From assembly GCA_039809905.1 (NCBI GenBank), contig JBDHVY010000001.1, positions 870,001 through 902,000 on the forward strand: DNA of 32,000 nt, in the 5' to 3' direction. Positions within the stretch are counted from its first letter, which is position 1. Every line of letters starts with the position of its first letter. Of this stretch, positions 26,838 to 32,000 are shown piece after piece. The notes under the pieces were generated by a model. That model worked only from the letters and a program-made list of their open reading frames with translations. It was not told the origin of the DNA and made no database searches. The DNA comes from Candidatus Babelota bacterium. GTDB taxonomy: Bacteria; Babelota; Babeliae; Babelales; Vermiphilaceae. The position numbers were made by a program, and so were the translations under genes.

Positions 26838-28262
26838 CTAGTATGATGATCTAAAGTCGCTTTTTATTTCAATTGTAGGATTGTTAAGTATTGGATTAAG
26901 GCATTCAGTAATTGTTTTACCTTCCTTAAAAATAATTGCTTTTGTTTTCCATCGGTATGAATCCAGTATAACATATAGTATTCGTAGAGTAGTCATTAAT
27001 CCCGTTAGTGTAGCTATTCCACTGATGACTCCATTCGATAAAAAATATTCTGAAAGAGAATGCAATGATAAGCAATTAGGTATAATAGTTAAAAAAAAGA
27101 GGGTAGCAATGCTAACGACATGAGTAGCTAAAGTACTGGCAAAAGATCTCAACAAAAATTCCAAAGGAATTTCCCAATAACGTGTATTTTCCCAATGAAA
27201 TGGAGAAGTAGTTATTATTTTATAAAATTCATAAGCAAATCCTTTTCCTCTTGCAATAGATAAGATTCCGGGAATTAATGAAACGGGATATAAAAAAACT
27301 GATTGGGCCCATCGATTTTTAAAAGAATAAAATTGTTTGTTTTCCTTAATTGCATTTGTAAAGAAATCATCATAATATTCCAAAGGATGAGAATAAGAGC
27401 TGCCGCGCAACAAATGTATTATTTCATTTATTTTATTAATTGTAATCATGTTAGACTGAAACCTATGATCGGTAGCTGTTAAATCATTGTCTTGACAAGT
27501 TTTTTTTAATTCACGTACGAATTCTTGTGCCGCCAATAAACGATTTTCCTGTGCTAATATTCCGTCTTCATACTCAATGGAAGATTTTTTTGCAAGAGAA
27601 AGAGTATCATAACTATAAAACATGGCAACATGTGATAATGCCAGAAGGCAAAAAAAATGAGGTGAAAAACTCTTTTTTAAGACATATGAAAGAGAAAGTT
27701 CTTTAGGCCGATATTTGACAAGAGTTCCTCGATGATCTTCTATTCTCCATGTCTTTTGACTTCTTTTCCGTATTTTAAATGAATATCTTAATTCATCACT
27801 TGATTTTTCGCATACCTTGGAAAAGTTCATTAAATCTTTCCGATTGGCAGTGGTACCATTGTTATCAAAGAAATAAAGAGCATTATGTACATTGACTACG
27901 GACTTGATATGTGAAAGTTTTATGCCTTCTAAATGGGGTATTTTAAGCATGCATTTTTCATATTCCCACCTATCGTCGTGACTTCCAGGGTTTTTACTAA
28001 TGTCCAGGGTATTATCGTGACGATTTTTAAGTTCGTTCAATAACCATTTTTGTTGTGAGTTTTTTTCTTGTGATACAATCAGATCCTGCTTTTCTTTCTC
28101 AAATTGAGAAAATTTGCTTTTGATCTTAGGAATGTCTGATGCCTCAATTTCCTGTAAAAATAGAGCAATATCATTCGGAGCAGAACTGGCCAAGCAAAAA
28201 GATAGTGGCAATAATAAAATAAAAATAGATACGATATATTTATGCATATGGTATGTTTTCAT
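26838..28262 (-). CDS. Large membrane protein of unknown function (signal peptide, ~330-aa soluble region, C-terminal TM bundle)
   Basis: Start at MKTYHMHKYIVSIFILLLPLSFCLASS. The C-terminal hydrophobic segments are SVFLYPVSLIPGILSIA, HVVSIATLFFLTIIPNCLSL and VISGIATLTGLMTTLRILYVIL. No recognisable motif. It sits between tmk and holB. Confidence 0.6.
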   Translation of the reverse strand: MKTYHMHKYIVSIFILLLPLSFCLASSAPNDIALFLQEIEASDIPKIKSKFSQFEKEKQDLIVSQEKNSQQKWLLNELKNRHDNTLDISKNPGSHDDRWEYEKCMLKIPHLEGIKLSHIKSVVNVHNALYFFDNNGTTANRKDLMNFSKVCEKSSDELRYSFKIRKRSQKTWRIEDHRGTLVKYRPKELSLSYVLKKSFSPHFFCLLALSHVAMFYSYDTLSLAKKSSIEYEDGILAQENRLLAAQEFVRELKKTCQDNDLTATDHRFQSNMITINKINEIIHLLRGSSYSHPLEYYDDFFTNAIKENKQFYSFKNRWAQSVFLYPVSLIPGILSIARGKGFAYEFYKIITTSPFHWENTRYWEIPLEFLLRSFASTLATHVVSIATLFFLTIIPNCLSLHSLSEYFLSNGVISGIATLTGLMTTLRILYVILDSYRWKTKAIIFKEGKTITECLNPILNNPTIEIKSDFRSSY

Positions 28263-28314
28263 GCAATATTCATCATTAAATTTTTCGAGTAGCATTTAAT
28301 TGTAATAGTTATTC

Positions 28315-28953
28315 TTAAACGTTAGATATATTGTTTTTGGTATGTTGTATAATTTTTTCTAAGGCTTGAAGATAGATAGATTCAGGTTTTTCTGTCCCAT
28401 CTACAATAATAACATTATTACGATTTTTATATATTTCTTCAAATCCATAAGCAACTCGATTAAGAAATTCTTTTTTTTCATATGCCGAAAGAGATCCGCG
28501 TTTGCTACACCGTTCAAGTGCAATTTCAACGGGAACGCGAACAAAAATGGTAAGATCAGGTATGATGTTGTGCATAGACCATGAATTAATAGTTTTCACC
28601 ATCTCCATATCAACGCCATTACCGTAACTTTGGTATGCTAGTGATGAATCGCAAAGGCGATCGCAGATAATAAGCATATTATGTTCAAGTGCAGGAATAA
28701 TAAGTTCTGTAAAATGTTGAGCCCTATCAGCAGCAAAGAGCAAATATTGGGCCATTGGGGAAATTGAAATATTTTGGCTGCATACAAGCGAGCGAATCTC
28801 TTTTCCTAGTTCAGAGTCGCCAGGCTCTTTTGTAAGCAAGGTATTAAATCCTTGTTGCTCTAATGCTAATGATATATTTTTTGATAAGGTCGATTTTCCT
28901 GACCCATCGATTCCTTCGATGGCAATTAAAAGACCCGATTTTAAATGAGGCAT
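28315..28953 (-). CDS. tmk: Thymidylate kinase
   Basis: Motifs: LIAIEGIDGSGKST (P-loop), TKEPG, FAADRAQH and ICDRLCDSSLAYQ (DR[YF] motif region). Confidence 0.95.
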   Translation of the reverse strand: MPHLKSGLLIAIEGIDGSGKSTLSKNISLALEQQGFNTLLTKEPGDSELGKEIRSLVCSQNISISPMAQYLLFAADRAQHFTELIIPALEHNMLIICDRLCDSSLAYQSYGNGVDMEMVKTINSWSMHNIIPDLTIFVRVPVEIALERCSKRGSLSAYEKKEFLNRVAYGFEEIYKNRNNVIIVDGTEKPESIYLQALEKIIQHTKNNISNV

Positions 28954-29044
28954 GGATTACCTTTTTATTGAAAATAGGCTAAAGTAAAAAGAGAGTGTAT
29001 AGAGATTATACTCAAATATTTCTTCTATGTCTTTAGGTTATGAT

Positions 29045-29230
29045 ATGAAAAGTGTAAAAATAGAACCGGGATGCATTAGTTGTGGTTCGTGCGAGTTTTT
29101 AGTTCCTGAAGTGTTTAAAGTCATGGTTACGTCTCAGGTTAAACAAGGCGTTGATTTTCAAGAGTTTGCAGAGCGTATCAAAGATGCAGCAGCAAAATGT
29201 CCCGTGCAAGTTATAAAAATAAAAGAGTAA
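29045..29230 (+). CDS. Small single-cluster ferredoxin
   Basis: MKSVKIEPGCISCGSCEFLVPEVF ... AAKCPVQVIK gives the CxxCxxC...CP ligand pattern of ~60-aa ferredoxins. The start at ATG 29045 matches the usual MKV.VD...C N-terminus; the track ORF starts 18 nt earlier. Confidence 0.8.
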   Translation: MKSVKIEPGCISCGSCEFLVPEVFKVMVTSQVKQGVDFQEFAERIKDAAAKCPVQVIKIKE

Positions 29231-29302
29231 AAGTATATATCACATTTGTATTCTTCAATGGGGTATCTCATGCGGAGAATAACTAACGATGAGGTCAAGA
29301 AT

Positions 29303-30865
29303 ATGACGATTAAACAATCAATTCATCAACAAGAAGAATACAGATTTGAACATTTATACGAGACATTATTGAAAAATGGCAAACTGATGTTTGCTGGCAG
29401 ATTGCTCCAAAGAGCAACACAGATGCATGGCGATACCATCGCAATAATCTATGAAAATACGCAAATTAGTTATAAAAAACTGTATGCACTTGCGTGCGCA
29501 TTAAGTAAAAAAATTATTGTTCAATATGGGTTAAAACCGCGAGATAAGGCAATTATCTGTTTTGAAAATTCTCCCCAATTTTATATTGCATATTTTGCAT
29601 TGTGGCAAGCAGGGGTCATTGTTGCTCCGCTTAATACCTTTCTCAAAGAAAAAGAGCTTGCCCATATTGTTGCTGATGCTCAGCCGTCTCTTATTTTTAC
29701 TTCTTCTGATCGTATTGAATTATTTACTAAATCAGCGGAAAATGTATGCCCAATCATTACTGAAAAAGATATAGAAGATGCTGATGAAACAGCACAGATA
29801 GAAGATACTATTGTAGATCTTGAACCAGAAGAATTGGCGGCTTTGTTATATACCTCGGGAACAACAGGATTGCCCAAAGGTGTAATGCTCAGTTCAAAAA
29901 ATATTATGACAAACGTGTTACAGATTGCAGCATTGTTGGGAAAACCAGCAGAAGAACGCATTCTTGGCATATTGCCGCTTTTTCATAGCTTTGCACAAAA
30001 TACGTGTGTATGGTCGGCCATTTTTTATGGTATCACTATTATCTTAGTTCCAAAAATTGAACGTAGATATATTTTGGAAGGACTAGAGCATAAACCAACG
30101 ATTTTTCTTGGTGTTCCTGCGCTTTATGGTCTTTTGTGTTTAATGAAAACAGCACCTCTTGATACGGTGCGTCTTTTTGTTTCTGGTGGTGATGCATTAC
30201 CTGATAAAATTCGCTCTGGGTTTGGCTTAATTTATAGAAGAAAATTAGTAAATGGCTATGGTCTTACTGAAACAACACCGGTCATTTCTGCAAACCTTGA
30301 TGATGAAACGGTACCTGCAAGTAATGTGGGAGCTCCTTTAGTTGGTATTGAATGCGCAATTCGTAATGAGCAGGAAATAGATTTACCGCAAGGCAGTATA
30401 GGTGTGTTGTGGGTGAAGGGTGATAATATCATGCTTGGGTATTATAATACTCCTGAAGCAACAAACAAAGTCTTGAAAGATGGATGGTTTAATACGGGTG
30501 ATTTAGCATATCTTGATTCTAAAGGTAGAATTGTTATTACAGGACGTGAAAAAGATCTTATTATTCACAAAGGTTTTAATATTTATCCGCAAGAAATTGA
30601 AAATGTTATCTTGTTGCATGCAAACGTGATTCGTGCTGCAGTTGTTGGTATGCATGATGGCGATGGTGAAGTTCCGGTAGCATTTGTGCAATTACGTACG
30701 TTAGATGGTGATATGGAAAAAATTTTACGAAAACTCTGTACTCAGCATTTGGCGACGTATAAAGTTCCGCGGCATTTTTATTGTGATACAAAAGATCTTC
30801 CTGCAACAGCTACAGGTAAAATTGATAAAAAAGCTTTGCGTGCTCAGCTTGCTGAAAAAATATAA
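29303..30865 (+). CDS. AMP-dependent acyl-CoA synthetase / long-chain fatty acid-CoA ligase
   Basis: Motifs: LLYTSGTTGLPKGVML (AMP-binding motif I), GYGLTET, NTGDLAYLDSKGRIVITGREKDLI and GKIDKKAL. The start at MTIKQS has GAGG 8 nt upstream. Earlier starts (29246/29270) are possible. Confidence 0.93.
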   Translation: MTIKQSIHQQEEYRFEHLYETLLKNGKLMFAGRLLQRATQMHGDTIAIIYENTQISYKKLYALACALSKKIIVQYGLKPRDKAIICFENSPQFYIAYFALWQAGVIVAPLNTFLKEKELAHIVADAQPSLIFTSSDRIELFTKSAENVCPIITEKDIEDADETAQIEDTIVDLEPEELAALLYTSGTTGLPKGVMLSSKNIMTNVLQIAALLGKPAEERILGILPLFHSFAQNTCVWSAIFYGITIILVPKIERRYILEGLEHKPTIFLGVPALYGLLCLMKTAPLDTVRLFVSGGDALPDKIRSGFGLIYRRKLVNGYGLTETTPVISANLDDETVPASNVGAPLVGIECAIRNEQEIDLPQGSIGVLWVKGDNIMLGYYNTPEATNKVLKDGWFNTGDLAYLDSKGRIVITGREKDLIIHKGFNIYPQEIENVILLHANVIRAAVVGMHDGDGEVPVAFVQLRTLDGDMEKILRKLCTQHLATYKVPRHFYCDTKDLPATATGKIDKKALRAQLAEKI

Positions 30866-30867
30866 TT

Positions 30868-32000
30868 TTATTTCTTGCCAGCAGCTCTTATTGCTTTATC
30901 CAGTGATTCTTTTGCATCGTTATAAGCATCTGTAATTGATTTAAGTTCTTCTAATCGTCTGGCTCTTTCTGTTGAGCTTAATGATTTATCATTACGTATT
31001 GCATCTGGATGGTTTCTTACCATATATTTTAAGAAACTAGTTCTAATCATTTTTGCTGATGCATTTTGAGATAACGCTGGCATTGCTTCTCGTAAAGCAT
31101 CTTTAAGATTTTCAATCTTCTGAGCATCTGTTAAATTTTGCCCATAACGATTATCTTGTCGCTGTCGCTGGTTGTTGTCTTGTTGCTGATAGTTTTGCTG
31201 TTGTTGATAGCGCTGCTGTTGTTCATACTGTTGCCGTTCTCGTTCTTGCTGCTGACGGTTGTACTCTTCCTGTCGTTGTCGTTGTTCTCGCCATTGTTGT
31301 TCTGCGTATTGATCTCGCTGCTGTTGTTCTTGTTGCTGTCGATACCGTTGTCGTTGTTGTTCATACTGTTGACGATTGTACTCTTCTTGCTCTCGTTGGC
31401 GCTGCTGTTGTCGTTGTAATTCTTCATATTGTTGTCGAAAATAGGCTTCACCTTGTTGCTGGTATTGCTGTTGTTGTTCATTGTTTTGTTGTTGGTTGTA
31501 GTTCTCTTGTTGTTGATAATTATTACTTTGTTGAGGAAGATCTTTTACAAAGCATGCGGCCTCTAATAAATTAGGTGTGGTGTGAGAGAAAAATAAATAT
31601 CGTACTTCGGTTTTTCCGGTAATCCACCATGGTTCAAAACTTGGATCTTGAGATAGTAGATTGTATAGTGCATTTTTTGATAAGGCTTTAAGTTGGTTGA
31701 TAGATTTGGCGGCTATTTGGCTTGATAAATCAGGAATTCTGGCAAATTGAGTTAATCTTTCCATATCAATTTCAAGTGTTGCTTCAAATCCAATGTAACA
31801 AAAAAGATCTATCACGCGAGCAATATTCTGTAGTCTTGCCAAGGATACGTCAAAGTAGTTTGTACGTATAGATTGAACTTCGTCAGCAATTGCTTTAGGG
31901 AATTCTAAAAGGATTTCTTTTTTTGTTTTGTCGCTAAGGCGAGCTCCTAGATCATATATTTTTTTTGCCTTAGTTATGTTTTCATATGTTGGGCTTTGAG
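30868..32000 (-). CDS. J-domain protein with long Q/R/E/Y-rich low-complexity region (5' end beyond window)
   Basis: The C-terminal ~70 aa fit a J domain: ASAKMIRTSFLKYMVRNHPDAIRND (helix II plus the HPD tripeptide) and ERARRLEELKSITDAYNDAKESL (helix III). The preceding ~190 aa are almost only Q, R, E, Y and N. By my translation the frame has no stop upstream of the track's TTG start (31842) out to the window edge, so the gene is 5'-partial. Confidence 0.65.
   Translation of the reverse strand, partial: QSPTYENITKAKKIYDLGARLSDKTKKEILLEFPKAIADEVQSIRTNYFDVSLARLQNIARVIDLFCYIGFEATLEIDMERLTQFARIPDLSSQIAAKSINQLKALSKNALYNLLSQDPSFEPWWITGKTEVRYLFFSHTTPNLLEAACFVKDLPQQSNNYQQQENYNQQQNNEQQQQYQQQGEAYFRQQYEELQRQQQRQREQEEYNRQQYEQQRQRYRQQQEQQQRDQYAEQQWREQRQRQEEYNRQQQERERQQYEQQQRYQQQQNYQQQDNNQRQRQDNRYGQNLTDAQKIENLKDALREAMPALSQNASAKMIRTSFLKYMVRNHPDAIRNDKSLSSTERARRLEELKSITDAYNDAKESLDKAIRAAGKK
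31130..31520 (-). repeat. Coding low-complexity CAA/CAG/CGN/GAA tract with imperfect internal repeats (EEYNRQQ..YEQQ units)
   Basis: The plus strand is dominated by TTG/CTG/TCG/TTC triplets. The unit gaagagtacaa(t/c)cgtca(a/g)cag occurs twice (encoding EEYNRQQ). All three frames on both strands stay open here, which produces shadow ORFs. Confidence 0.8.

Noticed and set aside
31131-31481. Alternative-frame ORFs in the Q-rich tract (116 aa N/S-rich on minus; 93 aa L-rich on plus at 31138-31419)
   Set aside because: They are artefacts of triplet-repeat-like DNA in which every frame stays open. Only the Q/R/E frame connects to the flanking non-repetitive domains, including the J domain.
31798-31842. 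Apparent 1-nt frame discrepancy in an A-run near 31800 between my hand count of the printed sequence and the ORF-track frame or start (possible frameshift)
   Set aside because: This is most likely my counting error in a homopolymer. The ORF-track protein is continuous across it, so I trust the track. My hand-derived coordinates beyond ~31.8 kb may be off by 1.

Overview
This is an AT-rich (about one-third G+C by eye), very gene-dense bacterial chromosomal segment. It holds roughly 37 protein-coding genes plus one RNA gene, RNase P RNA on the minus strand at about 16660-17018, which the ORF track cannot show. The recognisable housekeeping genes are mreB, rsmA/ksgA, a LOG-family protein, uppS, an ABC-F ATPase, a HAD hydrolase, a class A PBP, murG, a DUF721/DciA-like gene, holB, tmk, a small ferredoxin and an acyl-CoA synthetase. 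Between them lie about 15 lineage-specific ORFs with Sec-type signal peptides. The largest group is a six-member paralogous family built as signal peptide, helical N-module, then ankyrin repeats; one copy is cut by the left edge and three sit in tandem at 10.6-13.1 kb. Other notable ORFs are two outer-membrane beta-barrel candidates, a membrane-anchored 3xPASTA protein with no catalytic domain, a signal-peptide P-loop kinase-like gene directly after mreB, and a Q/R/E-rich low-complexity protein ending in a J domain that runs off the right edge. The ANK expansion, abutting convergent genes and diderm envelope genes suggest a host-associated or intracellular bacterium. An amoeba-associated, Dependentiae/TM6-like lineage is only my guess. 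I found no rRNA, tRNA, CRISPR array, transposase or integrase by eye. Start codons were refined by hand where homology or a Shine-Dalgarno site supported it, and hand-derived coordinates may be off by 1-2 nt.
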